From assembly GCF_000341895.1 (NCBI RefSeq), contig NC_020409.1, positions 2,670,001 through 2,702,000 on the forward strand: a stretch of DNA of 32,000 nucleotides, given 5' to 3'. This document shows positions 1 to 6,859 of this stretch, piece by piece. Below the pieces are notes generated by a model. The model was not told the DNA's origin. It saw only the letters and a list, made by a program, of their open reading frames with translations, and did not search any database. How positions within the stretch are numbered: position 1 is the first letter of the stretch; every line of letters starts with the position of its first letter. Made by a program: the position numbers and the translations under genes. The DNA is from Pseudodesulfovibrio piezophilus C1TLV30 (GTDB lineage: Bacteria > Desulfobacterota > Desulfovibrionia > Desulfovibrionales > Desulfovibrionaceae).

Positions 1-371
1 AGAGAGACTTTCTTGAATTTGCTTGAATACGGGGCGCGGTAGAGAACGGAATCCGGGCGACGGTCATTTTCAGCGACCTGCCAGATGGATGCGCCCTTGG
101 CACACAGAGACCCTTCATTGACCGGATGATCCGGATCTCCCTCGACATTGATGGCGCGCATGTCCTTGAGGGATGTGTTGACAATGAGACCGCAACCCAC
201 TGCACAGTAACAGCAGACAGTGGTGGTCTGCTTACTCCATTTCGGAGTCAGGGCGGTAACCCTGTCGGTCATGGCCGACTTGGGTGTACACCCCAGCCCC
301 AGGCCGCCGAACGCCGTTGCAACGGCAGCGGTGGCAGAGAGCTTGAGGAAGTTCCTTCGGTTGGTATGCAT
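1..371 (-). CDS. fdhA: Periplasmic formate dehydrogenase catalytic (Mo/W-bis-pterin, MopB family) subunit, N-terminal fragment running off the left edge
   Basis: My own minus-strand translation from ATG 371..369 gives MHTNRRNFLKLSATAAVATAFGG..., with a twin-arginine RRNFLK Tat signal. It continues with TTTVCCYCAVGCGLIV (Cys motif of the MopB 4Fe-4S N-domain) and VEGDPDHPVNEGSLCAKG, which parallels E. coli FdnG IEGDPDHPVSRGALCPKG. AGGAGG (376-381) lies 4 nt upstream of the ATG. It is absent from the ORF track because the window edge truncates it. Confidence 0.85.
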   Translation of the reverse strand, partial: MHTNRRNFLKLSATAAVATAFGGLGLGCTPKSAMTDRVTALTPKWSKQTTTVCCYCAVGCGLIVNTSLKDMRAINVEGDPDHPVNEGSLCAKGASIWQVAENDRRPDSVLYRAPYSSKFKKVS

Positions 372-395
372 TTGACCTCCTGATGTTGACGCGGG

Positions 396-626
396 TCAGC
401 GCCCGCGAATCTCGCGACTCAAGGCCACGAGCAATGAATAACCGCTGAGCTGCACGAGACTGTCCATGACGGGCAGGAGAACATCATCACAACCCCAGTG
501 GCTGTGAATGTGAGGCGTCATCTCCTGCGCCGTGGCCTGGACGGCGTTCATGGAGAGACCCAGCCCGGAAAAGGGCATCATCTCTGCCATGTCGGCAGCC
601 GAACCTTGAGTGGATGAAAACCGCAT
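396..626 (-). CDS. Small hypothetical protein (76 aa) immediately upstream of fdhA
   Basis: This is the internal ATG (626..624) of track ORF 396..698, with GAGAGG (634-639) 7 nt upstream. Third codon positions are mostly G/C, as in neighbouring genes. The stop lies 24 nt before the fdhA ATG. I recognise no family, signal peptide or TM segment. Confidence 0.45.
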   Translation of the reverse strand: MRFSSTQGSAADMAEMMPFSGLGLSMNAVQATAQEMTPHIHSHWGCDDVLLPVMDSLVQLSGYSLLVALSREIRGR

Positions 627-1190
627 AGGTGTACCTCTCACTTGTTTGGTCCTATGGTTATGGGTGAGTTGAGTATAATCGGCAATGATAAAAGTCATTT
701 GCGTATTCTCGCACAGCTGTTTTTCATTGTGTTTTATTTAACATGTTGAATTTCAGGAGGTTACTTTATGTCAAAATAGACATAAAATGATTTCTTTAGT
801 GCGGTTTGACACCGGTGATTTGATGGAAATGAAATGCGGAATGGCACGACGTTTTCTATACATGTTGCAAAGACAGAAGGGGACCCGCCTAAGCTCGGAT
901 TGTCAGGTGAGATAGTCTCCGATGGCTCAAGGGTATCCCCTTGAAAATTCTATTTCCATTGGGAGTGAAAACAAGAGCTGTTTTGGAAAAATATTTCCAA
1001 AAAAAACGCTTTTATCAATTCCAAACAATTATGGCTCTTTTGGGAAGCTCTGTTGCCGCTATGGGCGGCTTTTTCTGATCTTGTGAATATTTGAGAAGGG
1101 GTGCTTTTCGACACTTCAAAAGCAGGGGCATCCCCGGACCATACGGGTCGAGAACACTCGGTGGCCGGAAAAGGAGGGGCGGGTGATTTA

Positions 1191-1220
1191 CCCTGTCCCG
1201 GCACAGAGGCCGGGACAGGG
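1191..1220 (-). terminator. GC-rich 3' stem-loop (putative terminator or mRNA stabiliser) after the FmdE/MoCF gene
   Basis: Perfect 12-bp inverted repeat CCCTGTCCCGGC (1191-1202) / GCCGGGACAGGG (1209-1220) with a 6-nt loop, 9 nt past the stop at 1229-1231. Neither orientation has a U-tract abutting the stem; the only T-run (TTTTATTT) is on the plus side, 6 nt away. It is therefore not a canonical intrinsic terminator. Confidence 0.5.
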
Positions 1221-1228
1221 AAACGATT

Positions 1229-2854
1229 TTATTTACCGAAGGGGCATTTGGGGAATGAGCATGTTTTACAGTTCATGCAGAAACCGCCTTCTCCCAGTGC
1301 CGCGAGGTCTTTTCTCGTCAGTTCCTGTCCGGCCAGCAGCCGTGGCAGGATGACATCAAAGGCCGTCGTTTTATAGAAGAGCGCACAGGCCGGGACTCCG
1401 ATTATTTGAGCGGATCGGATTTTTCCGACAAGAGTCATGGTGCCGGGCAGCATGGGCACGCCATAGTGATCATCGGTCAGTCCGGCATCGATGAGAGCGC
1501 CTCGGGTGACATCGTCCGGGTCCACGGACATGCCTGCGGTCGTGATAATCATGTCACACCCGGCATCGAGCATGGCTGTGGCTGACGCCGTGATGGCCTG
1601 ACGATCGTCCGGGACAATGTCGGTTCGGTGGATTTCACTGCCGAGCTTGATGATCTTGGAGGAGATGATGGGAATGAATTTGTCTTCGATCAACCCCTGA
1701 AAGACTTCCGTGCCGGTAACGAGTATGCCGACCTTGGCTTGTCTCAATGGAGACACCGAGATGATTGGCCCTTCGCCCAAGGCGGCAATGGCCCGGCTGA
1801 ATTTGTCGCGAGAGATATAGAGAGGCAAAGCGCGTGTACCGCCAACGCCCTTGCCCTTGGGCATAAGAGAGCCGTCATGGCGGGTTGTGAGCATGACGTC
1901 GGGTGAGAGATTGAAACGGGTCAGTGCATCGCGGTCGACGGAGAGCATTCCCGGAATCTCTGCCAGAAAGTCTATTTTGCCCTCTTCGGGGTTGGCGTCG
2001 TAGGTGACGCCCGGTCCGGCTATGCGTGCGGCAAAGGCCTTGACTGCTTCGTTTTCGTGAACCCATTCGTCGCTGGGCAAGTTTTCATCCACATAGACAT
2101 GGAATTTGCCGATGCGCTGCAATCGGCAGACATCTCCGGCATCAAGGGTGTCGCCAGCTTTGGCGACAGGTCCTTTGGATTTTCCGGGTTCTATGCCCGT
2201 CATGTCATGCAGAGCCTGTTTGCCGACAGCCTTTTCAACAGGGATAGCCCGAAGCTGGGGAGCGTCATCGGTACAGATGGCTCCTTCCATGGAAACGTAG
2301 GGAGCTTCGCCCTGACAGCCCCGACAGATGGCTCCGTCGCTTCCGGGATATGCCTCGTGACAGATCGGGCAGACATCAATGGACGTCATATGGCCATGCC
2401 CCAGATAGCGTTCATGAATGGTAATCGGCCGTATGGAACAAATGGTGTCACCAGCTTTCTTTATCTCGGCGAGAAGGGCTTCCGTGTCTTGTTCGGCTTT
2501 CGGTTTTTCCTTCATGAACCAGCCTTTAATCTCAGGCCAGAGTTCCAGTTTGTCCTGGTCAATGGAGACACGGAATCCGACACCCGTGAATTTGTCATAC
2601 AAGGAAACTGCATATCGGCCGAGCAATTTGACTTTCATCCAGTTATTACCGGTGGAGCAGAGGGTCAGGAGTTGGACTGCGTCCGGGAGGCATTTTCCTG
2701 ATTCAACCATGGCCTCGAAAAGTGTGCCTTCGGGTAATCGGGATTTAGCCGCTTCAACCATGTAGCCGCCTATCAGTAGGCCCGGTGCGGGGTACCCGTG
2801 AAATTCCCTGGCCTTTTCCTTGAATTCTTCGAATGTATATTCGCCAATGTTCAT
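1229..2854 (-). CDS. FmdE-family domain fused to a molybdopterin-binding (MoaB/MogA/MoeA-type MoCF) domain, with a C-terminal Cys motif
   Basis: 541-aa ORF with GAGG 5 nt upstream of the ATG. The N-terminus (GYPAPGLLIGGYMV...DAVQLLTLCSTGNNW) is FmdE/FwdE-like, followed by a zinc-ribbon-like CPICHEAYPGSDGAICRGCQG. The C-terminal half (KVGILVTGTEVF...CDMIITTAGMSVDPDDVT) resembles a MoCF-binding fold. The protein ends CMNCKTCSFPKCP (Cx2Cx2Cx4CP). Confidence 0.85.
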   Translation of the reverse strand: MNIGEYTFEEFKEKAREFHGYPAPGLLIGGYMVEAAKSRLPEGTLFEAMVESGKCLPDAVQLLTLCSTGNNWMKVKLLGRYAVSLYDKFTGVGFRVSIDQDKLELWPEIKGWFMKEKPKAEQDTEALLAEIKKAGDTICSIRPITIHERYLGHGHMTSIDVCPICHEAYPGSDGAICRGCQGEAPYVSMEGAICTDDAPQLRAIPVEKAVGKQALHDMTGIEPGKSKGPVAKAGDTLDAGDVCRLQRIGKFHVYVDENLPSDEWVHENEAVKAFAARIAGPGVTYDANPEEGKIDFLAEIPGMLSVDRDALTRFNLSPDVMLTTRHDGSLMPKGKGVGGTRALPLYISRDKFSRAIAALGEGPIISVSPLRQAKVGILVTGTEVFQGLIEDKFIPIISSKIIKLGSEIHRTDIVPDDRQAITASATAMLDAGCDMIITTAGMSVDPDDVTRGALIDAGLTDDHYGVPMLPGTMTLVGKIRSAQIIGVPACALFYKTTAFDVILPRLLAGQELTRKDLAALGEGGFCMNCKTCSFPKCPFGK

Positions 2855-3002
2855 GTCCGCCTCGCATGTCTTAAGATTAGTGCGCCCGTTGATTACTCTG
2901 CAAACGGGATTTCGTCAATGCGGCCGGACTTTTTACCGTGTGACCCTTGAATTCAGAGCGTGGGAATATCTGGAACCGGTTGCGGGAAGCAGTATGAGAA
3001 GA

Positions 3003-3030
3003 AGGCCCTTCTTCAGTGGAAGAAGGGCCT
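3003..3030 (-). terminator. Rho-independent terminator of the glxA-like/DJ-1 gene pair
   Basis: Perfect 12-bp stem AGGCCCTTCTTC (3003-3014) / GAAGAAGGGCCT (3019-3030) with a 4-nt loop, starting 5 nt after the stop at 3035-3037. On the minus strand it is followed by TCTTCTCAT. Confidence 0.65.
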
Positions 3031-3034
3031 GATG

Positions 3035-3637
3035 TTACACGTCAGCTGTATAAGGAGGAGCCGGATCGTATTGCATGATCTTGCGAACCTGGCGGGCATG
3101 TTCGGGTGAGTGGAGTTGGCCTACCAGCCAAAGGGCCATATCGATGCCAGCTGAAACGCCCTGGGACGTGACTATGTTACCGTCTCTGACATATCGGACG
3201 TCGGGTATGACGGTGGTATCCGGGTCTTCAGCCATCAAATCCGTTTCCATCCAATGTGTGGTCGCTTTTTTCCCCTTGAGCAATCCTGCCTTCTGGAGAA
3301 TGAGGCCCCCCGTGCAGACTGCGGTCAGGAAGGTGACCTTTTCGGCCTGTGCTTTGATCCAGGGAAGCGCGCGTTTGTTTTTGAGAGCATGGTCAGCGAC
3401 ATCGGCTGTTCCGGGCAGCAAAAGTACATCCAGGTCCGGGTGGTCGTCGAAGGTGGCGTCCGGGGTGATCTTCATGCCGCCGATACCTGTTATCGGGTCG
3501 GTCATTTCGCTGATGAGAACGACATTGGGTGTCCGGTTATCGATGATATTGGAGAGAGCAAAGACACTGTGCGGCCCGACACAGTCAAGTTCGGCCACAT
3601 GATTATAGATGTAAATGCCGTAAACTGGATTTTTCAT
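3035..3637 (-). CDS. DJ-1/PfpI family protein (class I glutamine amidotransferase-like fold)
   Basis: 200-aa ORF with the nucleophile-elbow Cys context FLTAVCTGGLIL, then KKATTHW and SAGIDMAL, typical of DJ-1/ThiJ/PfpI. Its start overlaps the upstream gene's stop as ATGA (3634-3637). Confidence 0.85.
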   Translation of the reverse strand: MKNPVYGIYIYNHVAELDCVGPHSVFALSNIIDNRTPNVVLISEMTDPITGIGGMKITPDATFDDHPDLDVLLLPGTADVADHALKNKRALPWIKAQAEKVTFLTAVCTGGLILQKAGLLKGKKATTHWMETDLMAEDPDTTVIPDVRYVRDGNIVTSQGVSAGIDMALWLVGQLHSPEHARQVRKIMQYDPAPPYTADV

Positions 3638-4620
3638 GGAAGAGATCCTTCATTGTTGTGGAAGTGTTCCGCGTAGTGACGCGGGTTGACGCCAAGTCTG
3701 CGTTGGAATGTTCGCCGGAGGCGTTCTTCTCGTCCGAAACCGCTCTGTTGGGCAATGAAACCAAGGTTGACGGCTCCTGATTCGAGCAGTTCACGGGCGT
3801 GTCCGAGTCTGAGTTCTTCGACATATCGGGCCGGACTGATTCCGGTTTCGGAACTGAATGTCCGGGCAAAATGCCGAGGACTCATGGCAACACGCTCGGC
3901 GAGGTGATCCACATGCAGATCTTTTGTCAGATTGTTTTCCATCCAGAGGCAGAGTTTGGCAAAGCGCCCGACCGAGTTTGTCTGTGTCGCCAAGGGAGTG
4001 CTGAACTGGCTTTGCGTACCGGGCCGTCTTCTATACAGCAGTAAAAGGCGCGCTATCTCCATGGCAATCAATGGGCCGTGGTCCTCTTCTACGAGGGCGA
4101 GGGCCAGATCAATGCCTGCCGTGACTCCGGCACTCGAAGAGATTCGGCCGTCGCGGACATAGATGGCATCGGCTTCAACCCTGATATCCGGGTACTTTTC
4201 AGCCAATCGCTCAGCAGCCAGCCAATGCGTTGTCGCCCGTTTACTGTGCAGAAGTCCGCACGCTGCCAATAGAAATGCCCCGGTACACACAGATACGACT
4301 CTTTTTGCTTTTTCAGCATCTCTTTTCAGGGCCGCGAGGAACGGTACGGAATCGGAGATGGCTTCGGCAGTCGGTCCGCCCGGAACGATCAGCGTATCAA
4401 GTGGGTGACCGCTCCCGATGGAGCCGTCAACACAGAATGACAGACCGGAGGCTGTTTTGACCCGGAGCTGCGTCATTCCCTGATATGACAGATCGTACCC
4501 TTCATTGTCTCGACCAGCGTGTGCCAGCATCATTGTCGCTGCCGAGAATACATCGGCCGGACCTGTGACGTCCAGTGAGGCCAGTCCGTCATAGAGCACT
4601 ATCGCTATTTTCTTCTTCAT
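3634..4620 (-). CDS. GlxA-family transcriptional regulator (DJ-1/PfpI-like sensor domain plus AraC-type HTH)
   Basis: The N-terminal half (MKKKIAIVLYDGL...VVSVCTGAFLLAACGLL...ATTHW) is DJ-1-like. The C-terminal part (HLAERVAMSPRHFARTFSSETGISPARYVEELRLGHARELL) is an AraC/XylS HTH. I chose the start at ATG 4620..4618 (AAGGA 8 nt upstream) over the track's 4698, which adds 26 residues unlike the family's N-terminus. Confidence 0.85.
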   Translation of the reverse strand: MKKKIAIVLYDGLASLDVTGPADVFSAATMMLAHAGRDNEGYDLSYQGMTQLRVKTASGLSFCVDGSIGSGHPLDTLIVPGGPTAEAISDSVPFLAALKRDAEKAKRVVSVCTGAFLLAACGLLHSKRATTHWLAAERLAEKYPDIRVEADAIYVRDGRISSSAGVTAGIDLALALVEEDHGPLIAMEIARLLLLYRRRPGTQSQFSTPLATQTNSVGRFAKLCLWMENNLTKDLHVDHLAERVAMSPRHFARTFSSETGISPARYVEELRLGHARELLESGAVNLGFIAQQSGFGREERLRRTFQRRLGVNPRHYAEHFHNNEGSLP

Positions 4621-4705
4621 GGATGGTCCTTTGTCATGTGTGCGCACTGAGTCTTGAAGATAGACTGATCCTGGTTTGGCAGCAATGACAAGAAACACGC
4701 AATAA

Positions 4706-4756
4706 AGGACAAAAAAGGAAAAGAGAAAGGCCCGGCTCCAATGGAGTCGGGCCTTT
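4706..4756 (-). terminator. Rho-independent terminator of the dsrMKJOP operon
   Basis: Stem AAAGGCCCGGCTCC (4726-4739) / GGAGTCGGGCCTTT (4743-4756) with one G-U wobble and a 3-nt loop, about 50 nt after the dsrP stop. On the minus strand it is followed directly by CTCTTTTCCTTTTTTG (4725 down to 4710). Confidence 0.75.
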
Positions 4757-4805
4757 GATGTGCCTAACGAACCTAGCGAGGTGACGTTACGTGGCTAGGC
4801 GCCGA

Positions 4806-6077
4806 TTATGCCTCGGCAGGGGCATCAACTGCCTCACAGGTGCATTCGCCCTTGGGGCAGCCGCATTCCATGGTGCAATCGCAATGGTCTTCGGAAGAAC
4901 ACCCACAAGGCAGCAACTGGGAGTGACCCATTTCCTGCTTGACGTCAGTGGCGATCTTGAAAAGAACCGTCACGACCAGTGCGCCGATGGCGTAGACCAT
5001 CATGGAGACCAGAAGCTCCTTGCCGGTGGGCCAGTAAGGAGTGATTGTATCAAAGGGAGTGGGGTTGAATCCACCGATCAACAGACCGAGCCCCTTGTCG
5101 ATCCAGGTTGCGATAACCAGGATTACCAGAGTGAACGGCAGCAGCTTCAGATTATTGCGAAGCTTGGGGGTCGTCAGCATGATGATGCTGAGGGCAGCCA
5201 GACCGATGAATGTCCACATCAGGCCAACCAGTTCGTGGTGACCGTGAGAGCCTGCAAACAGGTACACCAGAGAATGGGTGTGTCCTGGCATATTGGAGTA
5301 GAAGGCAGTGAAGACTTCCAGCATGAAGAAGAACATGTTCACGCACATGGCGTAAGCAATGATCTTGACCAGTGTCTTCAGGGCATTCTTAGGCATTCTG
5401 AATGTTGTGAACTTCTGCGTGACCATCATCACCAACAGCAGGATGGCAGGTCCGGAGCAGAACGCGCTGGCCAGGAAGCGGGCAGCCAGAATGGCGGTGA
5501 GCCAGTAGTGGCGGCCGGGCAGACCCTGATACAGGAACGCGGTCACGGTGTGGATCGAGAAAGCCCAGATCACAGACGTGTAGATGAAGGGCTTGAGCCA
5601 CTTCGGATGCGGCAGGTTCTGCCTGTCAGCCTGAAGGCAGGTCCAGCCCACCAGCAGGTTGAGTGCGAGATACCCGTTGAGCACGATCATGTCGTAGAAC
5701 AAGATCGAGTTCGGTGCTGCATGGAAGATCACGTTGAGCATGCGGGAAGGCTGACCGATATCGACGACGATGAACATGAGGCACATTATGCATGCGCCAA
5801 TGGCCATGAATTCACCGAATATGACCATGTGCTTGTTCGTTTTGTAGTTGTGAAAGTAGTTGGGAAGCACGATCATGACGCCCGAGGCGGCAAGACCGAC
5901 CAGGTAGGTGAACTGGGAGATGTAAAAGCCCCAGGAGACGTCACGGCTCATGCCTGTGACCCCCAGGCCATTCATCAACTGGTCGAGCCACGCCAGTGAC
6001 CCGATGCAGATAAGAACCAGGAGGAATGCGATCCAGCCGTAATATCTCTTGGAACCTTTGAGAGCTAATTCAAGCAT
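4806..6077 (-). CDS. dsrP: DsrP, NrfD/PsrC-type integral membrane quinone-interacting subunit of the DsrMKJOP complex
   Basis: 423-aa polytopic membrane protein of NrfD-like character (GVTGMSRDVSWGFYISQFTYLVGLAASG...). It is the last gene of a five-gene M-K-J-O-P order, with an 11-nt gap after dsrO. It carries an unusual Cys-rich C-terminal tail (see findings). Confidence 0.9.
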   Translation of the reverse strand: MLELALKGSKRYYGWIAFLLVLICIGSLAWLDQLMNGLGVTGMSRDVSWGFYISQFTYLVGLAASGVMIVLPNYFHNYKTNKHMVIFGEFMAIGACIMCLMFIVVDIGQPSRMLNVIFHAAPNSILFYDMIVLNGYLALNLLVGWTCLQADRQNLPHPKWLKPFIYTSVIWAFSIHTVTAFLYQGLPGRHYWLTAILAARFLASAFCSGPAILLLVMMVTQKFTTFRMPKNALKTLVKIIAYAMCVNMFFFMLEVFTAFYSNMPGHTHSLVYLFAGSHGHHELVGLMWTFIGLAALSIIMLTTPKLRNNLKLLPFTLVILVIATWIDKGLGLLIGGFNPTPFDTITPYWPTGKELLVSMMVYAIGALVVTVLFKIATDVKQEMGHSQLLPCGCSSEDHCDCTMECGCPKGECTCEAVDAPAEA

Positions 6078-6088
6078 TCTGATTCCTC

Positions 6089-6859
6089 CTAAATGATATA
6101 GTAAACGCTGGGCTCGGTGCCGGCAGCGGGTTTACGACGAATGGTGAACCGTTCGCGCAGAACCTTGCGGACTTCGGACTCGGGGTCAGCGAGGTCGCCG
6201 AAGATCATGGCTCCTTCCGAGGCCTCGGCACAAGCCGGGATTTTACCGACGGACAGCCGCTCAACGCAGAAGTTGCACTTCTCGACAACGCCGCGCATAC
6301 GAGTTGGGTACTCGGGGTTCAGCTTGGTAAGGTCCAGATTCTTGCGAGGTTCGCCCCAGTTGAAGGAGCGCGCTCCGAAAGGACAACCGGCCATGCAGTA
6401 GCGGCAGCCGATGCAGCGGTGGTAATCCATGGCAACGATGCCGTCAGGGCGCTTGTAGGTCGCCTTGGTGGGGCAGACTCGTACGCACGGCGGGTGCTCA
6501 CAGTGGTTGCACATCAGGACGAAGTCACGGTGGTGCACTTCTTCGGACATATGCGGGTTTTCCTGCTCGGGGAAGGTGTGCTCATATTCGTCTGACCATA
6601 TCCACTTGATTTCCTTCTTGCCCTTGGCTTCAGGGACATTGTGGAGGGAGTGGCAGACATGGGCCAACTTGGCGATCTCTTCCTCGTCATGCAGCTTGGT
6701 CGTATCGATGACCATTGCCCAGTGTTTGCCGTGGAAACCCTCGGCATGGGGCTTGACCGGGGAGTGCCCACCGCTGGAAGCCATGGCCTTGGGAGCAATG
6801 GCAAGACCGGCGGCAGCCAGACCGGCAAGCTTGATGAAGGTTCTTCTGTTATTCTTCAT
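6089..6859 (-). CDS. dsrO: DsrO, Tat-exported multi-[4Fe-4S] ferredoxin-like subunit
   Basis: I chose the start at ATG 6859..6857 (MKNNRRTFIKLAGLAAAGLAIAPKAMA, a Tat signal), which overlaps the dsrJ stop by 1 nt (TAATG). The track start at 6961 would overlap dsrJ by about 100 nt. Cys clusters are CNHCEHPPCVRVCP, CIGCRYCMAGCP and CNFCVERL. Confidence 0.9.
   Translation of the reverse strand: MKNNRRTFIKLAGLAAAGLAIAPKAMASSGGHSPVKPHAEGFHGKHWAMVIDTTKLHDEEEIAKLAHVCHSLHNVPEAKGKKEIKWIWSDEYEHTFPEQENPHMSEEVHHRDFVLMCNHCEHPPCVRVCPTKATYKRPDGIVAMDYHRCIGCRYCMAGCPFGARSFNWGEPRKNLDLTKLNPEYPTRMRGVVEKCNFCVERLSVGKIPACAEASEGAMIFGDLADPESEVRKVLRERFTIRRKPAAGTEPSVYYII

Noticed and set aside
768-779. A three-codon mini-ORF (ATG TCA AAA TAG) with a perfect AGGAGG (755-760) 7 nt upstream on the plus strand, lying inside the 766-785 palindrome.
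   Set aside because: No plus-strand gene lies downstream for it to regulate; the next gene is convergent. The AGGAGG and ATG may be coincidental in AT-rich promoter DNA. I kept it only as context for the palindrome finding.
842-857. A sigma-54-like -24/-12 element on the plus strand: TGGCACG-ACGT-TTTC.
   Set aside because: The near-invariant GC of the -12 box is TC here, and no plus-strand gene follows. I did not call it a promoter.
823-915. A 30-aa plus-strand ORF (MEMKCGMARRFLYMLQRQKGTRLSSDCQVR) with GGTGAT upstream, downstream of a TAAAAT -10-like hexamer.
   Set aside because: It lacks the G/C third-position bias of real genes here, shows no recognisable family, and has a weak -35. That is not enough to call a CDS. 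Ribo-seq could revisit it.
950-1376. Track ORFs 950-1204 (minus, 84 aa) and 1101-1376 (plus, 91 aa) in the long spacer.
   Set aside because: Neither has an RBS, and both have low-complexity or Pro/Gly/Ser-rich products. The plus-strand ORF runs through the 1191-1220 hairpin into the antisense of the FmdE/MoCF gene. They are most likely non-coding.
2855-3002. A possible Moco riboswitch in the 5' leader of the FmdE/MoCF gene; the same idea applies to the 699-1228 spacer.
   Set aside because: I could not match the conserved Moco-motif elements by eye. I found only a short CCCGTT/AACGGG hairpin and a TTGACG-17-TAATCA promoter-like pair. This needs a covariance-model scan, so I do not call it.
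3634-4698. Longer N-terminal extensions offered by the ORF track: 4698 for glxA-like, 6961 for dsrO, 15477 for pilZ, 29243 for mreD, 23199 for metH, 26282 for ogt, 698 for the small ORF and 13949 for eamA.
   Set aside because: The track takes the first ATG, GTG or TTG in frame. In each case a downstream start has a proper SD, removes a large overlap with the upstream gene or promoter, and yields a family-typical N-terminus (Tat signal, PilZ length, ATGA coupling). The extended versions were not used. The eamA and small-ORF starts remain uncertain.
4791-5999. A 402-aa plus-strand ORF, the longest 'extra' ORF in the track, rich in His, Asp and Gln.
   Set aside because: It lies entirely antisense to dsrP. 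Its odd composition is what the reverse complement of Leu/Val/Met/Ile-rich membrane codons produces. It has no RBS and no recognisable motif, and dsrP has a strong family and operon context. It is a shadow ORF typical of GC-biased coding regions.
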